From contig NW_019091358.1 in NCBI RefSeq assembly GCF_001949145.1, positions 3,528,535 through 3,553,859 of the forward strand: DNA of 25,325 nt, given 5' to 3'. The position numbers were made by a program, and so were the translations under genes. The notes beneath the pieces are model-generated. The model saw nothing but the letters and a program-made list of their open reading frames with translations. It had not been told where the DNA came from and ran no database searches. The stretch comes from Acanthaster planci. Its lineage: Eukaryota. This document shows positions 1 to 12,007 of this stretch, in pieces; position 1 is the first letter of the stretch; every line of letters begins with the position of its first letter.

Positions 1-3000
1 TAACTCCCTTTCTTGCAATTGGGCCAGCTGGATAGTCCATGAATGGGATTTGATTAGATGACACGGAATACAAGTGTTTGCAGATTTTGCTGCCCGGGGC
101 CAGGATATTTGTGGCCTGTGCAGCATTGACTACAGCCTTGGCTTGCAGCATGAACCGGGTAAATAAGGACTTGGCCATTTTGTTATCGATTTGGGGCAGG
201 ACATGGGATCTGGTGATAATAAAACCTCATTTTTTTTATCATTGCTCTGTTGAATGCAAAAAAAGGGCCAAGAGAAAAAAAGGGAGGTTGCAGAGACATA
301 TCTGGCCCTAACTTCTTCTCTCAAAATGGAAAATTTCATGACATATTTGATTTCCTGTCAAGCACAATTGAAGATTGAGATAGCATGCATCATTTCTCTA
401 GTTGTGCTGTAGGAATTTTGCCGGATTGTGTGTAAAAGTGCAGATATTTGTCTGTGTCTCAAAGCAAAATTGTCAGGAGGTAAAAAGCATTTTCATGTAA
501 TGTCATCAAGCTGTCCAGCCGTCCTCAAAAGATATACAAGAATTACCGGTAGGATGACTGGCGGGAACTGTTTACGGGAACTTCATGATCAGTCGGACAA
601 TAAAGAGTTGGAAATGAGATTTACAGGTACACCGCGGTACAACTTGCAGAGGAACTGGCTGGCAGTTGACCTGCTGAGCTGTTTAGTCCCCCGTGATGCC
701 AGTGATTCAGTTGTCTTTTGGGGCAGTGTGTCACTCAGAAGTCCAGTGTTTGTAGATTTGAAGAAAAAAAAAAGTGCGTGTACATATAACTTTAAACCCT
801 AAGGCTTTAAATCTAGTTACCCTTTGGAATTTGTTACACGTGGTGTCAGTCTTGCCGTTTGTCCTGTCTGCAGTTCAGTGTAGCAGGTCATAGTCACTGA
901 CCACACTGACTGGATTCACCATAGTATTATTCATAACCAAATTGAAACGTGTTTTGACTCTGCCGATAGATAAAGTCGGGGTAGTTCTGGCCTGGGCTTT
1001 TTTCTTTCTTTTTTTCTTTCTTTTTTTTGAGAAACTGGTTACACTCAGTGCGGAATGAACACTGTTTTATGTCGTCAATGATACTCTTGCAATAACAAAC
1101 CTGATACTCCAACATACATTTTCTGCTCCTAAAGAGAGTCTAGGGGTGGTCCATTATCGGTAGGGTCAATACCCAGCTAAAATACAGCTTCCTGCCATAG
1201 ATCAGGCATGGATCATACCCCACTGGATGTGTGATCGCTTCCTTGTCCTGCTTTTTAGAATGAACTTGGAATTTTTTTTCCCCCAGCACTCTCATTGCCT
1301 TTAATCATGTCCCTCTGTTGCAGGGAGTGTAACAGCCTGTAACGCAAGTCGTAAATCTAATTTTTCTATCCAGCCAGATCTCCACCCCTATTTGTGAGCA
1401 GTGGTGCCTTCCGCCTCTGTCATCTCCTCATCCGACCCAACTGGGCCCCCCCACTCCTTTTTTTACCAGTTATGAAATGGAGGGAGAATTTGTGGTTTGG
1501 GGTATTATATTAGCAGGGAGGGACAAGAAATCCGGGCGGGCTTGCCTTGCTCAGATGGCTTGTAAAAAGAGGGAAAGGAAGGGGGGGCAGTGGGAGCCGA
1601 CAGGCTGAGACTGAAATGGAATCACTTCAAAACCCAGACTGATGTTTTGGCGTCTGGGCTCAGTACGTCTTTGACTCGGCAACAAATATTGATTTCTTCA
1701 TGAAAGCACTCTGTATTTGTTTGCCAACTTGTGTGTATCATACAGTTACTCATCATACAGCATCTTATGGGGGGCACCAGCTTTCAGTGGTGTGGGGTTT
1801 TGGGGGGCAAGTTTTTTGTTAGCCTTGTTCAATATCTGTTCATCCCGGTTTTTTTTTTTTTTTTTTTAAGGGGGGGAGGCACCTGGGGGAGGAGGCACCT
1901 GGGAGGGGCACCGGAACCACATGTACAGGTAACTTTTGATGTACATGAACATGAATTTCCTTTGATGTTTTTTCTCAGTGGAATTTCTATTTGCATGGAA
2001 GTTGAAACTAGATAGAAGAGTTTCATGTACACCATGAGATCCCATGAGAACTCTTACATGTACAATGTACATGCCTGCATGCATAGGCTCACCGCAAAAT
2101 AAATGTGTCCTTTGTGAAGAGCCGTGACACCAGTTTTGCTCTTTGGGACAGTTGGAAACCCAGGAAAGGGGAACTTCACACATTCATGCACCCATCTATG
2201 AACCAGTAATCAACTTCAGGCACAGATGCAGTGAAGTCCTTTTTCCCCGCTCATTGTTGCATGCATGGAGTGTTCACAATTCCTTCGTGCCGATAGTCAG
2301 GGTTGAAGTGCTACACGCAGGGCGTCCGGGGGGTCCATTGTTCAACTAGAACAGAGCCCACAAGCCAGCAGACAATCTGTAAACATGCAGGTTGCAATTC
2401 ATCAAGTTTAATCTTGTGTATAATATGTTAACGATCCAGCCTAATCAGCAGCGGGGTTCTGGGCCATGCAAAGGGAGGAAAAGGAGTAAAGTTCAAGGAG
2501 ACGACAAACACTGCTACAACCACCTATCATCGGACATGATAAATGAACAGCTTTAAGTAGTCGCTCAATTACTCTATAAAACACAGTCTTTTGCGCATTT
2601 GTAATAATGAATTTTATTTGCTGTGGGCCCTGTAAATAAAACCTGCTTATCAGTGCATTGTGATTTTTCTTCATGAACAAGGTTGGCGCAGTGTTGGTAG
2701 TTGTTTCTTTATCACTGGCTGGTGCGGTACCCCACCCATCGGCTCCCAGGCGGTTGAAGAATCCATGTATGAATCAGAGCTGAAGAGTCTGGGGGCCAGA
2801 GTCAGGGATTCCATTAATTCCCCGGTGTGAAATCAAATAGTTGTGTTGGCAGGAAGTAGGGTCATGTCCCATTAAATGGGTATCTGAACATCTGCAGTCC
2901 AGAGGCGGTACTGCGTGAGGAAATTTAAGACCACTTCCTAGCTCCCCATGCACCAGGAATTGAAGGACACCAACTTCCCTTCCAACCAGAAGTAAAACTT

Positions 3001-6000
3001 GTAATTCCCTACTTCAAAATCTATGGAGTTGTGTTGCTAATTTTTTTTGCCCCTTTTTCTTATTTTTATAATTGCAGCCCTCCAAATCAAAAGCCTCATT
3101 TCTTAATTTTTTTTTTCCTCAGCAAATCTGCAAAGTAAAGATTACAGTAATCTGGAATACCCAGTCAACTCGGAAATCAAGATTTTTATCCCTCACGGTT
3201 CCTGAAAGCACGGGGCTGAGGTCAAATTGCCAAAAAGTATGTGAGTCAACCACCTGCACCATGGCAGACAAATAAGTTTCACCAGAATAGTGGCCATGGT
3301 TTCTTCATAAAATGGGCGGGGGCAGGGATTTGGTTTGAAGTAGCGAGAGTTAAAAAGTAGATTTTATGGTATGCTGGGAAAGAGTCTTGGCACCTCCATG
3401 AAGCAAATCACTTGGAGAGTGCCCTGCTTATCATGCATGAAGCAAGCTAAGTTGTGGAAGCCAGCTTAAATTCTGAAAATTGTTAAGTGACCGAACTTTG
3501 AAGCACGTGCACTCTGCATGCACCAGCAACTTCAGCTTCATAGCCTTATTGAACAGTGCTCAAGAATTCCAGTTGTAATAGAATTTTATTGTTATTGTTC
3601 CGTGTGCAGACCTACCTCTAATAATTAAAGTTTCTACCTTGGAAGCAAGTGATTCATATGGCATTTTCCATGGGGGGGGGAGCAGTGGACCAGTTCGCTT
3701 ATTTTTTTTCTCCCTTTCAGGTTACAAGGCCTCCCTTGGCCTGTAATTGTAGCCAGCCCAACCCCCTTCAAATAATTGCAAACACTGATCCCTTCTGGCG
3801 GCCCTCGGGTTTGTTGTCACAGAGCTGGCACTTGTGGGAATATCTGCTGGATGGCAGCGTTAGTTGGGGTTGAAGGGGGAAAGGTCATTTTGCCACAGTG
3901 GAAGCCATTTACAGATATTGCTTGATCCAAATGGCACTTCTTTTCCTCTCTTGTTGGCCGGCCGAGTTGTGGTTTGGGATATTTCTCAAGTCAGCATCAT
4001 TTTTTTTGTTTGTTCACAAGCGTGTTGCCTGGACAAGAGAGGGCGCTATTTCAGTCGTATGTGCAAGGAAAAATGGGCCATGTCCTATAGTGGCTGCAGC
4101 TGGGAGTAATACTAATAGGCTGTGTCCGAATTTCTTAGCTGTAGCTTGAAATTGTGCACTAGTATGTGGTAGTGACTGCAGCAAGTTCCAATTGTGTAAT
4201 GTGAAGCCTGAGCTACAAAGGCATAGCTACTACAGTCCACAATCATGACATTCACAGGTTGTTTTCCACCTGTCGGTTAAAGTTCATAAATTAGGTTTGC
4301 ATAGAGACTGGACACGACTCAGATTTTAAAAAGAATTAAATAAATAGGCTAGGCGGGGGGACTCCATGTTTAATGAATTCCATGCCTTGAAATTCAAAGT
4401 GGATTGAGGGGTCATAGTTTAAAGCATGGTACATGTACATGCACCTCATCTGCTTACACATCATCATGACTAATTCCTGTATGGCCAATGTCCATGGAAT
4501 AGACATTAAGTGCTTTTAAATACAAATAATGTGCCGGCATATATTCCAGAAGTATGGTTCTTTAGTCGTCTGTTTTTCTGGTGAATTCATTCCCTCGCCC
4601 AGCAGGAAGGCGTGAAAAAAAAATTTCACCCAACTCAGTGAAACTGCTTGCTCAATTACACCCTTCCACCAAGCAGTAAACTTGTACTAGTATATTGGCA
4701 AGACATTAAAGTGCAACATGAAACAATCTCTAGGAAGTTTGTGAATGATTAATCAGTCCAAAGTGTTATGTCTGAGCCAGAGTTTAGGTGGATATTTAGA
4801 TTTTCCCCCCAGATGTCGTGACATGGTTTGCTTCTAGTAGCATGGGGTTTTAAGAGTTTAAAATTAAATTTTTTCTTTTTTTTTTCGTGTTTTGTGTTTG
4901 TTTTTTATCTCAAATGCTTTGGGGTGTCACAAAGTTTCCTAAACAAACGCAACTCTGACGTGAATTGTGACAAGGAGTAGATGTGATTGAAATAAGTGTC
5001 TTTACTATGAAAATAAGAGATAAGTTAAATTGAAACTATATGCAATGTTTACAAAGTAAATGAAAGAAATTCAGAGAAAACTTTCCTCCAATTAAGGAAC
5101 TCAATCAACTCGATGATTCGAACTGAATTGGATTGGATCTACAATCAGTGACTCAGCAATTCCAAACCAGGTGAATTTGGTTAAGCGATTAATTTAGCAT
5201 AAAAAAAGAAAGAAATCGTAGTGGTACTAGTTAGATCAATAAATGGTAGCAAAAATAAAACAAATCAAAGTACAGCCAAATAAATTAATGTAACAAAATG
5301 CATGTACAAATCATTAACTCAATCATATTAAGTTGTCAAGAAAGCAAAAGGAAATACTTAGGACGTGCCACTTTCTTGTTAAATCAAAATTAAGTCAAAG
5401 CAACTCCTGTTAATACAAAGTAGCGGCATTGAACCAAACACAATGGCTTTGCTGTTGGTGCAAGTTTCCTCGCAAGCATGGGTGAGGGTCTCAGTATGGA
5501 CTGTCCTCCCTGGCAAAGTCTGGGACTTGTGTTTGACAGCAGCCAATGAGATTACTAGTACATCCAAGGAATGAAGCAAAAGGTAGGTTTCCATCAAGGG
5601 AAAATTGTCATCTAAGGATTTGAGATAACCGAAAAAGACTACAAATCTCTGATCCACCGGACCACAAAAGTAAACTCTCAATTTAGCGTTAGTGTCAAAC
5701 ACAAGTTTCAGAAATTGACATCTGGACTTTTAAGGCCATTTCACAAATATCAAATTGGAACATTACCGAATAGAAAAATATCACGATGAACTCGTTCAGT
5801 TTCAAGCAGTTACCAAGAAAACTATGCTGATGTGAAACTTGCGGCAGTTCGGGGAGGAGAACACTTAGGCTTCAGGCTGACACTGTGCGAAGACCAGTCA
5901 ATTCTTGGAGTGTTGCTATAAGTATACACTTCTTGGCTCTTAGCCTAAGTTTTTGGTTGACCAGCCCTGTACCAGCGGCGGCTGCGTTCCACTCACCTGT

Positions 6001-6616
6001 CGGTTCAGTAGGCAACAACCCAACAGCACTTGACAAATCGAACACTCTCAGGCATCTCTCTCCACCAAACGCCGAAATCAATATAACACACTCAGCACTA
6101 CAGGTCAGCTATCTATGTCTCTCCAAAAAAATGTACTTTCACCTGGATACTAAACATTGAATGTAGGTGCAGCAAAACAAATTAACATAAGAAGAGATAA
6201 CGAATTATCACAACCATTGTGTGCAAGGAGCATCTTCCTACTTCAGCGTTGAATAAATGAAACAAAACTTGTTACGTAAACAAAACGAAGTGTGATAAAC
6301 AACGTCAGCTCGAGGTGAGTAGTGAAAACAAGCACAAAACAAAAGTAGATGAAATACAAAAACACGGCTGAGAGAAATCTTTAAGCGTAGAGAAAAAAGA
6401 AAAATTTGACATGTTTACCGTGCACTTATTTTTTTTTAACATGCGATCAGATTTCCTCCTAACTTACCGTACATCTCTCATAAGTAATAAAAACTTTCTC
6501 TCTCCCTCCTGGTAAACATTACACATTCGTGTAAAGGGAAAATTCCTACAGATTTCACTCCCTAGCGACACTGACCAGGATTTTTCCCCCTTCTCTTCAC
6601 TCTGTGTCATTCACAG

Positions 6617-6746
6617 GTCACCACCCACTCCGTCTCCGTGGACACCTCTGATATGTCCACTCTGACCGACCCTGACTGTCTTGGGCCCTGTGAGCCAGGC
6701 ACCTCGGTCAACCTGGAGGGCATTGTGTGGCATGAGACTGACCAGG
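6617..6746 (+). CDS. ZNF608: ZNF608/609 (brakeless/scribbler)-like, internal coding exon A (first exon in window)
   Basis: Polypyrimidine tract and tcacAG acceptor at 6615-6616, GTaag donor at 6747. Translates [43 protein letters not shown](G), which matches the conserved family block [21 protein letters not shown]. Absent from the ORF track. Confidence 0.95.
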
Positions 6747-7237
6747 GTAAGGGTGCTACCAGACATCAACATTCAACACTGCCTGGCACTAGTTAAATCA
6801 TGCCGGAGTACATGAAGGTCTTGCTTATGAAGTCCACTTGAAAAGGCTGGTCAATTCTTTCAGAATTTGGAGGCTTTGTTTCAGGGTTTTTTTTTTTTGT
6901 TATTTTTTTTATTCCTGTCATTAGACTATTGAATGGCAAAACTTGGTGTTATTTCTGAAATGTCATCAGTTGTTTTGCACCACTGGGACTTCTTCCTCGC
7001 AGTTGGATTGGTTAGGATCATGCATTAAGAGCACATGCAACCCACAATGCTTGTTCTGGTGTGGGTTATTAAAATGAACTGGGCCAAATCTATCAGCAGG
7101 TGTCTAGCTGCAAATCCTCAAATGGACCAAAGACACCAGCCGTAACGGTAACCGGGCATTCTGGAGTCAAGCCAGCAACCACTCATGTACATATATACAC
7201 ATACTGTACAGTTTATGATGTCATGTAAACTCTGCAG

Positions 7238-7325
7238 GTGTACTTGTCGTGAATGTCACATGGAGGAACAAGACGTATGTGGGCACTCTCCTTGACTGCA
7301 CCAAACATGACTGGGCACCACCCAG
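7238..7325 (+). CDS. ZNF608: ZNF608/609-like, coding exon B
   Basis: ctgcAG acceptor at 7236-7237, GTaaac donor at 7326. Phase 1 in, phase 2 out, in frame with both neighbours. Encodes (G)[28 protein letters not shown](R), the hallmark conserved block of ZNF608/ZNF609/Brakeless. Confidence 0.96.
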
Positions 7326-7780
7326 GTAAACAGAATCTTCACTTTACAGTCAAGCATGCTATTTTAGATGTCTTTTTTAAAACACCAAAGGGTATTTCAT
7401 TACTAATTAATAACAAGAGTGTACACCAAAATCTGACATTGATGTGCTCTTTATTCTTTTGAAGATTCACCACGTGAGCTGTAAAAAAGCATTAATTTTT
7501 GTTGTGCTAGGGAAAATGGCTCTTCATTTTTTCATGAATATGTGATTGATTTGTAGTATATCTTAGTTTATTTACTTTCTGTCAAATGTTTCATAAATTG
7601 AGTGAATGAAGTAACACATGGGGTGCCTGAAATAGTAATTTGACAAATAACAGAACAAATCCAGAGGTACTTTGCTCAAGGTGTAAGTTTAATTCTATTT
7701 TATTCTGTTTCCTGAGAAAAAAAGTTCTTTAGAGTATAATGAAGAATCTTTTGCACTTCTATTCCATCTTTGTTTTGCAG

Positions 7781-10700
7781 GTTTTGTGACTCCCCAACCA
7801 GTGACATGGAGACCAGGAATGCTAAGGCGCCGGGCCGGCCCAAGCGAGGGCGCAACAGCTCTTCCACAACGAACAACAACAATGACCTCAGTAACTTCAC
7901 CGAGACCCGCTCTTCCATTCACAGCAAGCTGCGCAACTCAACCACCGTCAAAAGCCGGAGGGGTAGCAGCGCATCCAACGGTAGCCGCACGCCACCCAAT
8001 GCCATTGACCGTAGCACACAGGGCAAGCGTAAGGCCCGCCCCACTGACATTGACCTGAGCTCAGGTGAGGACAACCACAAGGCAGCAACATCCAAGAGGC
8101 TGAAGACGGCCAGGAACACGCCCACTCCCAACTCCTCAGAGGGCGCCACCTCACCCGTGTTCATCGAGTGCCCTGAACCCAACTGCAATAAGAAGTACAA
8201 ACACATCAACGGGTTGAGGTACCACCAGACCCATGCTCACCAAGATCTCCCCAGACAGGAGCTGGTCACCCCCGATGAAGCAGATCAGCCAGAAACCCCC
8301 AAATCCGTGGCAGAGACTGCCTCTGATTTTAACCCCTCCAAGAGGGACAAAACTTCTGTTGCCTCTGAAGGCCCCACACCAGGGTCCGTCCCCAATGTTT
8401 CCAGTCCAGCAAAAGCGGCCAGCAACACCACCGAGAAAACAAAAGACACCAAAACTGCTCCCGCAGTGACTTCCGAGAAGCGGGAAGACAGTGTAGCACC
8501 TTGTTTATCAAGTGGAAGCACGTCAACTGATGTGTGCAAAGAGCCAAACACTAAGGAAGTGACTAAGGGCAGAGTAGATGTAGCCCGCAGTCCCAAAGGG
8601 GGGCAGCATAAAAGCCTGATAGATAAAACCAGTCCTAGCAAGATTCTCCATGGTGCCAACAAAGCCAAAGATGCAGCCAATAATGTCAAGGCAAAGCCTG
8701 ACTCTCACTTGAATGACAAGTCCATCAAGCATAAGAAACCTGTGACGAGTCAGGGTGCAAGCAGCAGCAGCAGTCAAAAAGATATGTCCGTCTTTGATTT
8801 CAACTCGACAGCAGAGGCTGATGACAACTCCAAAAAGACTAACAGTTGCTCTGGAGAGAAGCAGGTAGGTGTGAGTGTCATCCGTTCCAACCCAGAGCAA
8901 ATAGTCATCAAGACGGAGCCTCTTAGTCCATCCCCAACATGTGTCCCGAGAACTCCCGATACGCCAAAGATGTCATCAGCCCCCAGCAGCGAGGACCCAC
9001 AGAAACACTCAAAGAGCAAAGACAAGGAAAAAGCAAAGGGAGGCTCAGAGAAGAAGAAACCAAAACAGGACAAAATCGTTCAGAAGCCCAAGTCTGCTCG
9101 ACCGATTGCCCCAGCGCCGCCCCATCCCCAACCTCCACAACTCATTGCAATACCAACTATTGTCACCACAAGCAGTGGACCAACACCAACACCTCTTACC
9201 ATACCAGCAGTGACGACAAAACCCAGCGGGTCCTCACCCACCACAGGAGCTACGTTAAAACCCATTCAGCCAAAGCCTACTGTGGCAGATAACCCCGTCA
9301 TGAACACTTCTCTTGCAACTCTCAAAGAAAAGAAGTCCAAACCCAAGAAGAAGTCTAAGACCGACAAAGAGAAGCATGCCACTGGTGGTTCCCCAAAGGA
9401 CGGAGCCAAGGGGGATTCCAAGGACATCAATAAACAGAAGGAGGGCAAGCCGAAGGAGAGTCCCCAGACTGCCAGACCAGATCAACACCCTGAACCGTCA
9501 CCAGCAGCTGCATTAGAGAATAACATTCTCAAGCAGGCACTGACTGCATCAGGCATTGGTCCCGAGGATGCTGGTAGGAACTCCCCGTACGTTCCAGGGA
9601 GTAATGCTGAGAGCCAGACCAAAGTAGCCGAGCAAATTCCAAAGGATGCCCCAAAGGAGCTACCATCACTAATCCCCAGCAGGCCGATGGTGAACCCGAG
9701 CATGCCCGAAATGCCAAAGCTCATCCCCACCAGTAGTATACTGAACTCAGTGAATCGGCAACCACATCATGGACCAATGCAATCACAACAGCAGCAGCAG
9801 CAACAACCTCCACCTCCCCCACCGACCAAGCCGATCATTCCGTCTTCCCCAGAGACCATGAAAACAGAATACCAAGGACTCCAAGTGCCCTCTCAAGCAA
9901 AGCCCAATGCCTTGCCCTCTGAACACCCTGTGCCAACCCTAGTGGTCCCCCCGAGCACAGATGATGCAAGGACAGGTAGCCCAGCCTATTCTGATATATC
10001 AGATGCCAATGACGATGCTCCAGTAGATCCTGCCAAACCCAGGGAGGATAGAGATCCATATGCTTTTCATGACACTCCTGTAGGGAGATCTTCCCAGGGA
10101 AATAAGCAAGTCCCTGAAGACCTACGAAGAATTGAGAGAGTAGAGCCATTGAATGTGCCAATGTTTTCACCATTGACAGAGGTAGCCCGAGAGCGAGGCG
10201 TCAGCTCTGATTCTTTGACCAAGTCTTTGGAGCCCTTGCGGTCAACTCCCACCCAGCCCTTGAAACCCGAGTCGGGCAGGGAACTTAGCAAAGATGGACC
10301 CGAGCCCAAGAAGGCCAGGAAAGACGCCCCAAGCCCATCCGCTGAAACTGGCTACAGACCTCAGGCTCCACCTGGGGCTGTGTATGGTGGGCAGTATCCC
10401 TTCCTACCTGGCTATGTGACAATGGACCCGTCATATCATCGTCTTATGCCTGCTGATGCTAGGCAGCATCATGAGCAATACATCACAGAGCAGCGAAAAC
10501 GAGCAGAGGCAGAAAGGCTAGAGAGGGAGAAACGAGATCAGGAGGCTGCTAAAGACAAAATTGTGGAGAGTTCAGAACTGAGAGATAGACCAATTCCCAA
10601 GATCAAAACAGAACCTGTTACCCCAACTAAAAGGGACTTGGCACCTGAGACAGGGAAGGGATTGAGACCAGACAAAGACCCTCAACATTTGAAGAGAAAA

Positions 10701-11778
10701 GGGGAACGTGAACTCCCCGAGACCATTCATGGTAAGCAGCTAGACTTTCACAAGTTGGGATCCAAGAGTCCAGATGTTGCTATCCCACTCGGATCCCAAA
10801 GAACCTCAGACGGATGTCGCAGCTTACAAGAACAGCAACGGGAGGAGATGAGGCTGTACTCTCTGTATGATCACAAACAGAGGGAGTTGCAGCGTCAGGA
10901 GGAAGAGCAACGAAAAACCAAACACGAGGATCGACGGAGATCTGAGTCTAGTGAATTGTGGAGGGAGAGTCAAAGAACATTGGAGGAGCGCCAGCAGGAG
11001 CAGGATCATGCCAGGAGAGTAAGCATCTCCCCAAGGCAAGACACACCTAAGGAGCAGAGCACTACCACCCCATCTTCCAAGTCAGCAAACGGCGACAAGA
11101 AACACAGAGACTCTCCCTTGCCAAACAAGAGTCAGTCCCCCCATGACAAGGGCCCACCCAGGGGACTGATTCCACCCTCCAGGCGAGTGCTGGACACATA
11201 CCCAGCATACCTTCAGCCACCCTATGTGCAGTCGCCATTTGTGCCCATGCCCTTCGACCCAAACCATCCTGCTTACCAGGCAGTCAACCCCATGGTTGCC
11301 TATCCCTACATCCCTCATGATTTGCACTACCCACCACCACCAGGATCACGCGTTATCAGTCCCATGTGGAAGTCACCGGAGGAGCGGGGACGCTACGAAA
11401 TGGACCGTGAACACTCGGGCGTGACCTCTCCCCATGGCTCTGGCAGCAAGGGTAGAGACTCCTCCCGCGAGCGACCACCAAAAGCCCTGGATGTCCTCCA
11501 GCAGCACGCCAACCAGTACCATAAGAATGAGCGGTCACGTTCGCCAGAGCCGGACAGGGAGAAGAGACGGTCGTCCTCTCCACATCGGCCAGCATCCCCT
11601 GCTGAGAGGAAAACACCAGTGACACCCACATCTCGAGAGGGTTCTCCGAGGTACGATGCAGCCAGAAGGCATGGTCCACCTCTTCCTTCATCTCATTTAC
11701 TACATCAGCATATGCACACCCACCAGCACACACACCTAGGCATGGGCTACCCAGTCTTGCAGCCCTATGATCCTTACG
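7781..11778 (+). CDS. ZNF608: ZNF608/609-like, large 3998-bp coding exon C containing the single C2H2 zinc finger
   Basis: ttttgcAG acceptor at 7779-7780, GTaag donor at 11779. Lies within ORF 7770..12068 and continues APP-R-FCDSPTSD. Contains CPEPNCNKKYKHINGLRYHQTHAH and the family motifs ARPIAPAP, LKPIQPKPT, SPAYSDISD, ALDVLQQHANQY and HQHTHLGMGY. Confidence 0.96.
8169..8240 (+). other. Single C2H2 zinc-finger motif (CPEPNCNKKYKHINGLRYHQTHAH)
   Basis: C-x4-C-x12-H-x4-H spacing read directly from the translation. The sequence is characteristic of ZNF608/609. Confidence 0.93.
9786..9824 (+). repeat. Coding polyQ7-polyP6 low-complexity tract
   Basis: CAA(CAG)4CAACAA followed by six Pro codons inside exon C. 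Confidence 0.85.
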
Positions 11779-11835
11779 GTAAGATTTTGTTGTGTGTTCC
11801 CTGTTCAGAACCTAAAACCTTTTTAACCACTACCA

Positions 11836-12007
11836 NNNNNNNNNNNNNNNNNNNNNNNNNNNNNNNNNNNNNNNNNNNNNNNNNNNNNNNNNNNNNNNNN
11901 NNNNNNNNNNNNNNNNNNNNNNNNNNNNNNNNNNNNNNNNNNNNNNNNNNNNNNNNNNNNNNNNNNNNNNNNNNNNNNNNNNNNNNNNNNNNNNNNNNNN
12001 NNNNNNN
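11836..12007. other. Assembly gap (172 N) within a ZNF608 intron
   Basis: Run of N. It artificially extends ORF 7770..12068 and creates ORF 11830..12090. Confidence 0.99.

Noticed and set aside
78..6160. Short 60-125-aa ORFs in the large intron
   Set aside because: No recognisable domains, many non-ATG starts, homopolymer-derived K/F/G runs, and no phase-consistent exon chain.
8040..8063. PTDIDLSS as a CtBP-binding PxDLS motif
   Set aside because: The spacing does not fit PxDLS.
7695..11733. Many overlapping antisense and alternative-frame ORFs inside exon C
   Set aside because: Expected shadows of a long, low-complexity coding exon, with no independent motifs.
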